Origin: an uncultured Mageeibacillus sp.
Lineage (GTDB): Bacteria > Bacillota > Clostridia > Saccharofermentanales > Saccharofermentanaceae
DNA: 64,000 nt
Assembly (NCBI GenBank): GCA_964579245.1
Contig: CAZOFY010000002.1
Span: 5,081 to 69,080, forward strand
Direction: 5' to 3'
Shown one piece after another: positions 1 to 9,608 of the stretch. The position numbers and the translations under genes were made by a program. The stretch's first letter is position 1. Each line of letters starts with the position of its first letter. The notes under the pieces are model-generated. The model worked only from the letters and a program-made list of their open reading frames with translations, was not told the DNA's origin and searched no databases.

Positions 1-1156
1 CCAGTGTCGGTGAAAGACACTCAATGAAGGGCGAGCTGTCGACACTGCGGATCGCAGCATACGCGTGCCCCGACTCGTGGATCAGTGTAGCCACATCATC
101 GGCTGTACCGTTTGCGTTCATAAAAATATACGGGATTCCGTAGTCTAGCAAGGTAGAGCAATATCCTCCCGTCGATTTCGCTTTTCGAGCGACGAGATCC
201 ATGAATCCGTGAGCGCATAACACGTCAAAAAAACTTGGATTCTTCTCGAAAACCTTCTGAAACAACTCAGACGCAACAGCTTGAAGTTCGTCCGATCGGA
301 TCGCAGGATGAGGGTTCCCGGCAGCAAATAGATTCGGGTAATCATAAAACTTCAGCTCATCGAGTTCCAGTCGTTGCTGTTGCAGTCGACGGATCTCTGA
401 GGTTACAGGGACGATGTACTTGACAACGAGCGAACGGAACTCACCGACCATTTCCGGCGTGTAATCATACCTCTCCATGCGCTTGTATCCAAGCTCAATG
501 AAAGAGGTATACTGCAGTTTCTTGGCCATCTGGTCCCTGAGCTGTACCAGCCGGTCATAAATACTGTCAAGCTGCTGTTTGTTCCCGGCAAAGAAATCTG
601 CGACGGATAAATGCGCCGTGCGACGCTCCTCCCGATCTACCGATTCGAGAAAGGGATCCATCATGGACAGAGGGTATTCCTGCCCGTTAAACTGGCAAAT
701 CGCTTCGGACATGATCTGATCGTATTCATTTTGGAGAGCGGCTTCCTCAGCAAGATCTTGTATGATCTCGGACGATATCGTGTCCTTCCGGTTCTGTGCT
801 TTTCGAAAAATCATCTCCCCGAACTGTTTCTTCAATTCATCCGATATCGTTGAACTGAGAAGAAGCGTATAAACACCCGCCACCAGATCGTTGACGATGG
901 CTTCTGCTTCTTCATAATATGCTATCTCTTCTTTGAAAAACGGATCGAGAGTATCCAGGTCATGCCGAATGTTACACAGTGCAAAGCTTGTCTCAAAGCG
1001 GCTTAACTCCTTCTGAAATTCCAGCATGGACGCTTCGATCGCCTCCGTGGAATGTGCCGTCATCATTTTCAAGCGGACGCGCAATACGCAATCTCGAAAA
1101 GCGTCCAGCGAGGGTCTCTCATAAGGTATCTCAGAAAAATTCGGCATTTCCATCAT
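1..1156 (-). CDS. M3-family oligoendopeptidase (PepF-like); C-terminal part cut off by window edge
   Basis: Absent from the ORF track because no stop codon lies inside the window. My translation of the minus strand from ATG 1154-1156 is open all the way to position 1 (MMEMPNFSEIPYERPSLDAF...DDVATLIHESGHAYAAIRS). The zinc-peptidase HExxH motif (HESGH) is encoded at 65-79. Confidence 0.75.
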   Translation of the reverse strand, partial: MMEMPNFSEIPYERPSLDAFRDCVLRVRLKMMTAHSTEAIEASMLEFQKELSRFETSFALCNIRHDLDTLDPFFKEEIAYYEEAEAIVNDLVAGVYTLLLSSTISDELKKQFGEMIFRKAQNRKDTISSEIIQDLAEEAALQNEYDQIMSEAICQFNGQEYPLSMMDPFLESVDREERRTAHLSVADFFAGNKQQLDSIYDRLVQLRDQMAKKLQYTSFIELGYKRMERYDYTPEMVGEFRSLVVKYIVPVTSEIRRLQQQRLELDELKFYDYPNLFAAGNPHPAIRSDELQAVASELFQKVFEKNPSFFDVLCAHGFMDLVARKAKSTGGYCSTLLDYGIPYIFMNANGTADDVATLIHESGHAYAAIRSVDSSPFIECLSPTL

Positions 1157-1176
1157 TCATACCCCATCCGGATGTG

Positions 1177-2910
1177 TTACATCCTCTCAACCACCTGAAT
1201 GCCCAAAAGCTCTGTTCCGATTGAAATACTCGTACAAACGGCTTCGCAAAGCGCCAGCCTGGCCGTCTTCACCTCCTCATCGACTCCGGAAAGAATCGAA
1301 GAGTTGTTATAGAATCGGTTGAATGCGCGAGCAATCTGGCTCGTCTGACGCGCGATCATAAAGGGCTCATCACTGGATTTGGCCTTCGCTACGGCATCCG
1401 GTAATTCAGCAATCAGACGGATTACGGCAAATTCTTCCTCAGCAGAAAGCTTCTCAAGAGAAGCGGAATCTGGCATAGCCGGTTTGATCCCCTGTTCAAG
1501 AGCCTTTCTGAGAATTGATTTGGCTCTGGCATATGTGTAAATCAGGTACGGAGCCGTATCCCCTTCAAAATCGAGCATTTCCTCCCAAGAGAAGATAATG
1601 TCCCTTTCCCTTCCTGATTTCACAAAGGTATATACGACAGCACCGATTCCGACCTTTTCAGCGATATCGCGGATCTCATCTTCTGTCATATCCGTACCAC
1701 GCAACTCGGCGTTTGCCTTGATGATCTCATAGGTCTTGGCAACACTTTCCTCCAGGAGATCGTCCAGCGCAATAATATTACCCTCTCTGGTCGAGAACTT
1801 CATATCGGCAAACTTGACCAAACCAAATCCGACATGGACACAATCCTTTGCAAATCCGAAGCCTGCTTTGTCCAGAACCGAAAAAACCTGCTTAAAATGC
1901 AACGCTTGCGGAGAACCCACGACATAGATATTTTTATAGAAATCGTATGTCTCTTTGCGATACAGGACAGAGGCAATATCTCGCGAAGCATAAATCGTAG
2001 TTCCGTCAGATTTAAGAATGATGCACGGAGGAACCTTGTATTCATCGAGCATGACAACCTGGGCCCCTTCACTTTCAACAAGAAGGCCCTTGTCTTTCAG
2101 TAAATCTACGACTGCCGGAATCCGGTCACTGTAGAAACTCTCGCCGTTGTAATTATCGAAAGAAACGCCCATGCGATCATAGATCTTATTAAATTCCTTC
2201 AAGGACAGCTCGCGAAATTCTTCCCATAGAGAAACCTCAGCCGGCTCGCCGTTCTCAAGTCTCCTGAAGTTATCTCTGGCACTGACGGTCAGTTCGGGAT
2301 TCTTCTTCTCTTCTTCATGAAACTTCACATAGATTCGAAGGAGCTCCTTTATGGGCGCCTCAAGGAGTGCATCCTTGTCTCCCCACAGACGAAATGCTGT
2401 AATCAGTTTACCGAACTGCGTTCCGTAATCTCCCAGGTGATTCATGCGAATCACCTTATATCCCAGTTTCTCATAAATGCGGGAGAGTGAATGTCCGATG
2501 ATTGTAGTAAAAGCGTGGCCAACATGAAAGGGCTTTGCTATATTCGGAGAAGAGTATTCGACAATAACAGTCTTGCCGTTTCCCTCAGAGGACGATGCGA
2601 AAGAGCGGCCTTCATGCAGGACAGTTGACATAGTATTCTTCACGTACAAACCCTTATTAACGAAAAAGTTGACATATCCTCCGGCACATTCCACCCTCTC
2701 GAGCCAGGGCGCGGTAATGCGAGGATCGGCAGAAAGCTCAGCGGCGATTACCGGCGGCGCCTTGCGAAGAGTACGTGAAAGAAGAAAACAGGGAAAGGCA
2801 AGATCTCCCATTTCTCGCTGCGGCGGGATCTCAATAGCCGTCAGGATCTGGTCCTTCTCCAGGTCTACGACCTGTGATATTAATTTTGCTGCTTCTTCTT
2901 TATAGTTCAT
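1177..2910 (-). CDS. argS: Arginine--tRNA ligase
   Basis: 577-aa ORF with the class I HIGH-type motif (SSPNIAKPFHVGH) and ArgRS-like length and layout. GGAGG lies 7 nt upstream of the ATG. Confidence 0.93.
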   Translation of the reverse strand: MNYKEEAAKLISQVVDLEKDQILTAIEIPPQREMGDLAFPCFLLSRTLRKAPPVIAAELSADPRITAPWLERVECAGGYVNFFVNKGLYVKNTMSTVLHEGRSFASSSEGNGKTVIVEYSSPNIAKPFHVGHAFTTIIGHSLSRIYEKLGYKVIRMNHLGDYGTQFGKLITAFRLWGDKDALLEAPIKELLRIYVKFHEEEKKNPELTVSARDNFRRLENGEPAEVSLWEEFRELSLKEFNKIYDRMGVSFDNYNGESFYSDRIPAVVDLLKDKGLLVESEGAQVVMLDEYKVPPCIILKSDGTTIYASRDIASVLYRKETYDFYKNIYVVGSPQALHFKQVFSVLDKAGFGFAKDCVHVGFGLVKFADMKFSTREGNIIALDDLLEESVAKTYEIIKANAELRGTDMTEDEIRDIAEKVGIGAVVYTFVKSGRERDIIFSWEEMLDFEGDTAPYLIYTYARAKSILRKALEQGIKPAMPDSASLEKLSAEEEFAVIRLIAELPDAVAKAKSSDEPFMIARQTSQIARAFNRFYNNSSILSGVDEEVKTARLALCEAVCTSISIGTELLGIQVVERM

Positions 2911-3088
2911 CTTGTGCCTCCGAAATCAAGAATGATAAAAATGTCAAGGTCTACCAAAGCTATCTTTGTGTGCCCTGTCAATGTATCATTTCAACGCGTC
3001 CGCGTCAATTTATGATATGATAGCAAATGGCTTCATGCTCTCGAATCATCACATGCTCTGGAGGTCACAGATTTTGTTGACACAATTC

Positions 3089-4048
3089 ATGAATGGAAAC
3101 CTCTTACTGTCGATATGCCTCGGGGCAATTCTCGCCTTGATCGTTTGTTTTGCCGCTCTTTCGCGATTCACTTTTTTTCTTCCGAGGGACCACGGCAGAG
3201 CATATGCCGTGGAGGGAGGCGTCAGCAGGGGCAAGCCGACAGGCGCAGGAATTCTTTTTATTGACGTTTTCGCATTTTTCGCGCTGCTTTTTCTGCCATT
3301 ATCCTTGGAATACGCCTTATATGTCCTTTTTATCCTTCTGGCGATGCTTTTCGGCTATCTCGATGACAGAGCCGAGAAACCCTGGAAAGAGTACTTAAAG
3401 GGTGCACTTGACCTTATGGTTTCTCTGGGTACTGCCGTGACCTTCTCGATATTCTCTTCTCGAGAGATTTTATTTCCAATTCTGGGTTTACAATATGAGA
3501 TTCCTTTGCCTCTGTATATCCTGTTGGCTACCATCCTGATATGGGTCTCCATCAATGTTACCAACTGCACAGACGGAGTCGACGGACTTTCTTCGTCGTT
3601 AACAATCGTATCGATCGCCTCACTTCTGGGTGTAATGTTCCTGGTTCAGACTTGGAGTCCGTGGTCAGGAGCTATGCTAATCATGGCGGCCGTCCTGATT
3701 CCCTATCTGTGGTTTAATACAAACCCAAGCAGTGTGTTGATGGGCGATGCCGGTTCTCGTGCACTCGGAGTATTTCTAGCAATTTCCGTTATGCAGAGCC
3801 GCGTACCGCTTTCTTATTTGGCGCTGTGTCTTGTATTTATCCTGGACGGTTCGAGCGGAATTATCAAAATTTCTCTGAAACGGTTTCTCAGGATCAGTGT
3901 TCTGAAGAACACCTTGACGCCTCTGCACGACCATCTTCGTAAGAAAATGAATTGGCCGAATCAACAGGTAACCATTCGAGTTGCGATATTCCAGACACTT
4001 ATTTCCATCCTGTATTTAGCCTTCGTGTATTTCTCAAGAGCAAGGTAA
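3089..4048 (+). CDS. MraY/WecA-family polyprenyl-phosphate sugar-phosphate transferase (MraY paralogue)
   Basis: Polytopic membrane protein with family motifs YLDDRAE, NVTNCTDGVDGLSS, GDAGSRALG and TPLHDHL (HDH where MraY has HHH). The track starts at TTG 2966. I prefer ATG 3089 (MNGNLLL..., about 319 aa, typical MraY size), but no clear RBS supports any candidate start. Confidence 0.7.
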   Translation: MNGNLLLSICLGAILALIVCFAALSRFTFFLPRDHGRAYAVEGGVSRGKPTGAGILFIDVFAFFALLFLPLSLEYALYVLFILLAMLFGYLDDRAEKPWKEYLKGALDLMVSLGTAVTFSIFSSREILFPILGLQYEIPLPLYILLATILIWVSINVTNCTDGVDGLSSSLTIVSIASLLGVMFLVQTWSPWSGAMLIMAAVLIPYLWFNTNPSSVLMGDAGSRALGVFLAISVMQSRVPLSYLALCLVFILDGSSGIIKISLKRFLRISVLKNTLTPLHDHLRKKMNWPNQQVTIRVAIFQTLISILYLAFVYFSRAR

Positions 4049-4052
4049 TGAT

Positions 4053-5813
4053 ATGGATATCACCCAGTTTTCCTATCTGCTTCGTTATCTTTTTTCAGCC
4101 TTAATCCTTTTTTTTGGCTGGCAAATCCTTAGGCTTGCCGTTTCTGAGCTTCGCTGGAATTTCAAGCACAGCGTCTCCCCTTCGAAGGGGTTCTTCCTGA
4201 TGTCCATACCGATGGAAGGCAAGGAACAGAACATCGGATCCGTCCTGCCTATTTTTCATACGACATATATCGGCTCTTCGCGGGCTTGTGACTTGCACTT
4301 GCGAAGTCAACTCGTTTTCAAACGTCATGCTGTGATCTATTTTTTCGACGGCTCATGGACGATCCGGTCTGTTTCTCCCAAGATTCCCGTATATATCAAT
4401 CATGTGAAGATTCTTCACCCGATCCCTCTCGAAAACATGGATGAAATTGGCATTGGAGACTATTCCTTTACTTTTGTCGATGAGCGGCAATCCGCGTCTG
4501 ATGCGGAAATAACCTATGAGGATTACTCTCCTGTCCGGAAATATCCGGAGGAAAAGTCCCGTCCAAAGCTCCTGGCTTCCTATTTGTCACTCAATGCGTT
4601 TGCCGTTCTGTGTATACTGCTGTTGGTCCTTTTCATCCCCTCCGAGCATACTCAGGTGCGGGCTTTGATCACTGTTGCTGCCGGTGTTGGATTCGTTCTG
4701 GGTAATCTGTATTATTTTGTTCTTCCTCTTTTTCTCAAGGATATAGATAGGGCCCTCTTTTTGTTGCTGGGGTTTTTATCGGTCATCGGTATTACGGTTC
4801 AGATCCGTCTATCCCTTCTGCCTGCGGAGAATCTTCCATATTTTGCCGATGATATGAAATCGCAGATATTATCCATTCTCTTCGGATTTATTCTGCTTCC
4901 CTTCATTGCTTTTCTGACCGCTAAAACAAATATTCCGGAAAACCTAGGAAAGATATGCGCTGTTCTGACGCCCCTTTTCCTGATAATGACCTTAATCTTA
5001 GGAAACGGTGCTGATTCGCACGGAGCAACACTTTGGATCTCTGTCGGTGGGATGTCCATTCAGCTGACGGAATTTGCGAAAATCACCTATCTGATCGTTC
5101 TTGCAGATTTTTTCAAGAATCGGGCAACCAAAAAGCATCAGCTGATTTTTGCCGGCTGGGCAGCTTTTGTTTTTTTGCTTATTATGCTTCTTCCTGATCT
5201 GGGCTCAGCTATGATTCTTCTTCCCACAACACTGATTGTCTATGTTGTAATGACTTCGGAGTACCTAACAACATTGATCATCCTTCTTTCCGGCTCGTCT
5301 TTAGGCGCGATTGCCTTTGCACTTTTCCCGCACGTACAGAGAAGAATCATCGGTTGGACCACTCTGTGGACTCAAGTAAATGATAACAATCGTCAGATCG
5401 TCTACGGACTGCAAGCTATCGCTCGAGGCGGGTTATTTGGAAAGGGACTCGGGAACGGAAGTCCCGGCGGGATCCCTCTTGCCTCCTCGGATATGGTTTT
5501 TGCCATTCTTTGTGAGGAATTCGGCATCGTGGTCGGCCTTTCTGTTGTTCTATTCTTCATCCTCACTTGGCTGCGATCCGCCAAAATCGTTATTCGTTCG
5601 CAGGACGGATTTTCCTCCAGTCTTGCTTTAGGAATAGGAACGCTTTTGTTCGTTGAAGCTGCGATCGTCATCTCCGGAGTAACCGGGCTGTTTCCTTTAA
5701 CCGGTGCCACGCTGCCAATGATCGCAAAAGGCGGGAGCTCCATACTGGCTATTCTTATTTTGTTCGCCCTGCTACTTGGCTTATCGGCTCGGCGGGAAAA
5801 AGGAGGCAGTTGA
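4053..5813 (+). CDS. FHA-domain / SEDS (FtsW-RodA-SpoVE family) fusion protein
   Basis: N-terminal TM helix, then an FHA-like segment (IGSSRACDLHLRSQLVFKRHAVIYFFDGSWTIRS...YINHVKI), then about 10 TM helices with an FtsW/RodA-like C-terminal part (GLGNGSPGGIPLASSDMVFAILCEEFG, PLTGATLPMIAKGGSS). Confidence 0.85.
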   Translation: MDITQFSYLLRYLFSALILFFGWQILRLAVSELRWNFKHSVSPSKGFFLMSIPMEGKEQNIGSVLPIFHTTYIGSSRACDLHLRSQLVFKRHAVIYFFDGSWTIRSVSPKIPVYINHVKILHPIPLENMDEIGIGDYSFTFVDERQSASDAEITYEDYSPVRKYPEEKSRPKLLASYLSLNAFAVLCILLLVLFIPSEHTQVRALITVAAGVGFVLGNLYYFVLPLFLKDIDRALFLLLGFLSVIGITVQIRLSLLPAENLPYFADDMKSQILSILFGFILLPFIAFLTAKTNIPENLGKICAVLTPLFLIMTLILGNGADSHGATLWISVGGMSIQLTEFAKITYLIVLADFFKNRATKKHQLIFAGWAAFVFLLIMLLPDLGSAMILLPTTLIVYVVMTSEYLTTLIILLSGSSLGAIAFALFPHVQRRIIGWTTLWTQVNDNNRQIVYGLQAIARGGLFGKGLGNGSPGGIPLASSDMVFAILCEEFGIVVGLSVVLFFILTWLRSAKIVIRSQDGFSSSLALGIGTLLFVEAAIVISGVTGLFPLTGATLPMIAKGGSSILAILILFALLLGLSARREKGGS

Positions 5814-5814
5814 T

Positions 5815-7218
5815 ATGAAGATGCTGATGCGGAATATCAAAATCATACTTATCCTGTTTCTGATCACCTCTGTCGCTCTGCTGGCAGGGTTGATTTTCCA
5901 ACAATATCGAAGCAAGCATGAGCTCAACACGGCAGCCGGTGAAAACAAGGAGTCGTTGCGCACTCGCTACGCACAAGCAGGCATGATCGTTGATAATGAC
6001 GGACTGATCTTGGCACATAGTGTTTCAGGAGAGCGGCAGTATGCCGAAGACCCATTGATTGCCATGTCCGTTCTGCATATAGTAGGAGACTATACCCACA
6101 ACATCGAGAATACGATCGAGGGCAATTATCAGGGCGCCCTGCTTGGAAATGACAGGAACCTGATACGACAAGCCGTTCTAGACCTGTTCGGCAAGGGCCT
6201 GTACGGAGATGACATCACGCTGACAATCAGCGGCGAGCTGTCAGCCTATGCCTATGAGCTTCTTGATGGCAGAAAAGGTTCGATCGTCGTCACAAATTAT
6301 CATACAGGAGAGATTATCGCTGCAGTCAGTTCTCCTTCCGTGTCGCCCGATTCGGTTATATCGTACACGGACATTCCTGACACGGCACTTTTCAACCGTG
6401 CTTTTCAGGGTGCCTACGCTCCAGGATCAACCTTCAAAGTCGTCACTGCTACAGCCTACATGCATAGTACTGCCTATGATCCACTGATGACCGTCGATTG
6501 TGACGGTCATTCAACGATTGATCCGTTTGCCGCCGGAGAAAAAGGAACTGGTCACGGTCTCGTTGGTATGAGGGAAGCAATAACGAAGTCCTGTAACGTT
6601 TACTTCGGCCTGGCCGGTGTTATGACGGGTCGTGAACAGCTCTTAAAAACAGCCGACGAAATCGGATACGGTTCTTTTGTTTCTGTGGATCGTCTTTTCG
6701 CTTCCGGAGGGAAAATTGAGATCCCGGATAATCAATCCACATTGTCCTGGATATCCATCGGTCAACCGGTTTCCGACAGTGTCCTATATACTTCTCCTCT
6801 TCATATGGCTATGCTGGCCGGAGCGATAGGAAATAACGGGGAGATGATGAACCCCCATGTTGTTAAATTTTTGACAACTCCTATCGGAGAAAAATATGCC
6901 ATGCCGGAAAACAATTCCTTTGCAACCATTATGACGCCGGAAGAAGCTGGCTATTTGGAAGAGATGATGATCGATTGTACACAACATGGAACCGGTGTTT
7001 ACGCAGCCGTACAAGGCTACGCCATAGCCTCCAAAACCGGTACCGTACAGGTGGACGGCCAAGAAAACAACGCTCTTTGCATCGCATATGTGGCAGATGA
7101 TTCCGCTCCATATGCGATCTGTGTTGTCGTTGAGGAAGGCGGAGCAGGCGGAGATACTGCGGCGCCCTTAGCGGGAGACATGCTGACTCACGTGATAGCA
7201 AAATACGTCACAAACTGA
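5815..7218 (+). CDS. Short class B penicillin-binding protein (PbpA-like transpeptidase)
   Basis: TM anchor plus transpeptidase motifs SxxK (STFKVVTA), SxN (SCN) and KTG (KTGTV). Start moved to ATG 5815, which follows AAAGGAGG and lies 1 nt after the upstream stop. Confidence 0.88.
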   Translation: MKMLMRNIKIILILFLITSVALLAGLIFQQYRSKHELNTAAGENKESLRTRYAQAGMIVDNDGLILAHSVSGERQYAEDPLIAMSVLHIVGDYTHNIENTIEGNYQGALLGNDRNLIRQAVLDLFGKGLYGDDITLTISGELSAYAYELLDGRKGSIVVTNYHTGEIIAAVSSPSVSPDSVISYTDIPDTALFNRAFQGAYAPGSTFKVVTATAYMHSTAYDPLMTVDCDGHSTIDPFAAGEKGTGHGLVGMREAITKSCNVYFGLAGVMTGREQLLKTADEIGYGSFVSVDRLFASGGKIEIPDNQSTLSWISIGQPVSDSVLYTSPLHMAMLAGAIGNNGEMMNPHVVKFLTTPIGEKYAMPENNSFATIMTPEEAGYLEEMMIDCTQHGTGVYAAVQGYAIASKTGTVQVDGQENNALCIAYVADDSAPYAICVVVEEGGAGGDTAAPLAGDMLTHVIAKYVTN

Positions 7219-7270
7219 CCGTATCTTGAAACAAGGCAAGCTCTCAAAGTATATTCGGAATCGTCCGAAG

Positions 7271-7747
7271 TCATTTGTCGTGCTTATTCTTGGACTTAGA
7301 GAAAGGCTTCGATGGCAATGTAGTTTTCTCTGCATTGCGGGCTTCTTCTGAATCTTCTTCTTGCAGGTTCACGTCCTCGGCTATAGCTTCAGAAGCTTCG
7401 GCTTCCTCTTTAGAACCGAGCTGCTGCTCCGCCTCTGTCTGGGCCTCGGCCTCAAGACGCTCGGCTTCTTCCTTAGCTCTCAAGGCTTCTTTTATCTGTC
7501 TTTGTTCTTCCATTACCACTTCACTAGCCAACTCTTCGAGTTGATCCTTAATAGAAGACAGTTCATTGTTCATAAGATTCTTATGTGATTTCTGGGCAGC
7601 TTCCCGCGCCCCCGGGATCGTTTTCTTATCTATTATATCCGTTTGCTCCGGAGGGTCTGCAAACTGGCCGGCGGCTTTACGAATTTCATCCATGTCCGGT
7701 ACTTTTACTTTGGTTTCAAACTCATACCTTCTCTTTTTGTTGTCCAT
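7271..7747 (-). CDS. Acidic, Glu/Ala-rich coiled-coil protein of unknown function; last gene of the kinase-vWA-PP2C operon
   Basis: ORF 7271-7777. ATG 7747 is preceded by GAGAGG. Low-complexity EAE/EEA heptad-like central region (KEALRAKEEAERLEAEAQTEAEQQ) and a basic C-terminus (SKSKNKHDK). No recognisable catalytic motif. Confidence 0.6.
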   Translation of the reverse strand: MDNKKRRYEFETKVKVPDMDEIRKAAGQFADPPEQTDIIDKKTIPGAREAAQKSHKNLMNNELSSIKDQLEELASEVVMEEQRQIKEALRAKEEAERLEAEAQTEAEQQLGSKEEAEASEAIAEDVNLQEEDSEEARNAEKTTLPSKPFSKSKNKHDK

Positions 7748-7800
7748 AAATACCTCTCTTTCTAAATCTCTCTTCATCCATTCCCTGCATTAGACTTACT

Positions 7801-8859
7801 TTAATTCTTTAATGCCAGTAATATTTTCTTCCAAAAGCTTAAAGGTTTTTCTTGCCTGACAGGCAATTCTACATCAGGTACCGCATCTTCCTGATTCTGC
7901 TCGTGCTCCTCAAGGTTGATTATCTCCTCTTCCCTTACATGAGTGATTTCTGTCTCGAGTTCTTTTTGCTGCATTAAGATCTCTCTGGCTTTTTGCACTC
8001 GAGGAAGGATGTCATGCTGCACATTGCTAATATTATCAAAACTGGATCTCAATACAACTTCCTTATCGGAAACCAGGTTGGTCGGATCCGGTTTAAGTGT
8101 GCCTTCAAAATACAGGATACCGATACTGGCATCATCTGACAGCGGAGATGGAGCTATGACAAAGCTATCGATTGTTTTCTTGAGCTCAGATTCTCCGTCA
8201 TCAAGCGGTAAAGAGCCAAATTCGGCCAACCGTGCAACGACCGGCATAAGGAGGAGCTTGGTGTTGTCATACACCAAATCAGAGATCCCATCGGTCATCA
8301 GGACAAGAGCATGGGTGTCATCCGTCGTTGTTCGTATCAAGCGCAAATAATTCTGAGCATGAGGAAGCGTGATAAATATGGTACTGGAAATATCTTCACC
8401 GTTCTGCGGGATGGTGACAAGCTGCAATCCAGTTCCCGTAATTCTTGCGATCACACCGTCCCCAATATGTCCGAAAATAACTCTGGAGTCCTTGACTGCG
8501 CAGAACAGCATCGTAGCCGATAAGGCATCTGAGTTCTTCAGCCCCATCTCATTCGCTCGAATCGTCAGCTCTGACTGCACGGCCGCAACTAAAACACTTC
8601 GCACAAGAGCCTCATGATTGTCATGATAAAAAGCATCAAAGTGCTTTGTCATCAAGTCGCATACCGTTTGGACAACACATTGAGCACCAATATCCGTATT
8701 GGTATATTGACTGCTGCCCGCACCATCAGAAAGGCATACAACATACACACCATTTTCCCGGACCGCTAAAGAAGCGTCCTCGCATGGCTTGTCCTTATCC
8801 TTATGCTTTCTGCCGTTCAGTGACAGAGACAATAAACGGATGTCCTGGGCTTCGCTCAT
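7801..8859 (-). CDS. PP2C-family Ser/Thr phosphatase (PP2C_2 / YegK-PphC-like) with C-terminal extension
   Basis: Metal-binding signatures CEDA...LSDGAGSS, GHIGDG and LMTDGISD. The start ATG overlaps the vWA gene stop (ATGA, 8856-8859). About 100 extra C-terminal residues end in the amphipathic sequence SFWKKILLALKN. Confidence 0.82.
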   Translation of the reverse strand: MSEAQDIRLLSLSLNGRKHKDKDKPCEDASLAVRENGVYVVCLSDGAGSSQYTNTDIGAQCVVQTVCDLMTKHFDAFYHDNHEALVRSVLVAAVQSELTIRANEMGLKNSDALSATMLFCAVKDSRVIFGHIGDGVIARITGTGLQLVTIPQNGEDISSTIFITLPHAQNYLRLIRTTTDDTHALVLMTDGISDLVYDNTKLLLMPVVARLAEFGSLPLDDGESELKKTIDSFVIAPSPLSDDASIGILYFEGTLKPDPTNLVSDKEVVLRSSFDNISNVQHDILPRVQKAREILMQQKELETEITHVREEEIINLEEHEQNQEDAVPDVELPVRQEKPLSFWKKILLALKN

Positions 8860-9596
8860 TTCTTATCCTCAAGATATTTGAAAAAGTCATCCATAGCTAT
8901 GGACTTATTCTGTTGCTTACTGTTGATGTCGTATAAGGCGTCGTCACGCATACCGCCGGAGATAATGGATGAACTACTCGATCCTAAGAATTCAAAAAGC
9001 TTCGAGAATTGCGTTGACTGAATGCGTATCGGTTCCTGTCGTTTATTCGATAATCGCTTCAGCAAGGGAAAATCAGCTGAATTGCCGACACCGATATTGA
9101 AAATGACAAGACGGTTATCCGATTCAAGCTCGCAGGTGGCTTGTATGGCCTTTTCCATGTTCTCGATTGCATTCTCGCCTTGCGGTGCTCCGTCAGTAAT
9201 GATAACCAGCCATGGCTGGAAGTACTTGATTCCAAGGTGCTTATATCCTTCTTTTCTTTCCGACAGGAGCTCGAGCGCCGTCAAAATTCCTTCCCCGATC
9301 GGTGTCAGACTTGTCGTGGCCTGCATTCTGGGCAACGGTTGTTCTTTGGACAGTCGACCAAAAGGAAGAACAATTTCGACAGCTCCTCCAAAAGTTACGA
9401 CACAGATGTCCGCCGATGATCTTGTCTCCTCATTCTCACGAATAGACGAGAGAAAGCTCATCAATCCGTCATTCAACTCGGCGATCGGATTCCCTGCCAT
9501 CGATCCGCTGATGTCCAGGCAGAAACAAATCGGAAGTCGGCGACGAGTGCTTCTTCCGAAGTCAGACTCACTAAATACTGGAATTGGGTTACTCAT
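8856..9596 (-). CDS. von Willebrand factor A (vWA) domain protein, TerY/YegL-like
   Basis: MIDAS DxSxS motif (CFCLDISGSMAG). 246 aa with no signal peptide. AGGAGG lies 6 nt upstream of the ATG. Confidence 0.85.
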   Translation of the reverse strand: MSNPIPVFSESDFGRSTRRRLPICFCLDISGSMAGNPIAELNDGLMSFLSSIRENEETRSSADICVVTFGGAVEIVLPFGRLSKEQPLPRMQATTSLTPIGEGILTALELLSERKEGYKHLGIKYFQPWLVIITDGAPQGENAIENMEKAIQATCELESDNRLVIFNIGVGNSADFPLLKRLSNKRQEPIRIQSTQFSKLFEFLGSSSSSIISGGMRDDALYDINSKQQNKSIAMDDFFKYLEDKK

Positions 9597-9608
9597 AAAT
9601 ACCTCCTA

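Noticed and set aside
1-1156. Apparent ORF desert at the left edge (the track shows only short ORFs); considered a pseudogene or a non-coding region.
   Set aside because: Manual translation of the minus strand gives one uninterrupted frame from ATG 1156 to position 1, with an HExxH peptidase motif. It is missing from the track only because its stop lies outside the window.
2911-3088. Possible T-box leader upstream of argS.
   Set aside because: No T-box consensus or terminator/antiterminator pair is visible. The region looks like a plain divergent promoter region (several TTGACA-like boxes and a small ACGCG-tc-CGCGT palindrome).
7254-7269. Small hairpin TTCGGA-atcg-TCCGAA between the convergent PBP and coiled-coil genes, considered as a bidirectional terminator.
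   Set aside because: The stem is only 6 bp with no U-tract, too weak to call.
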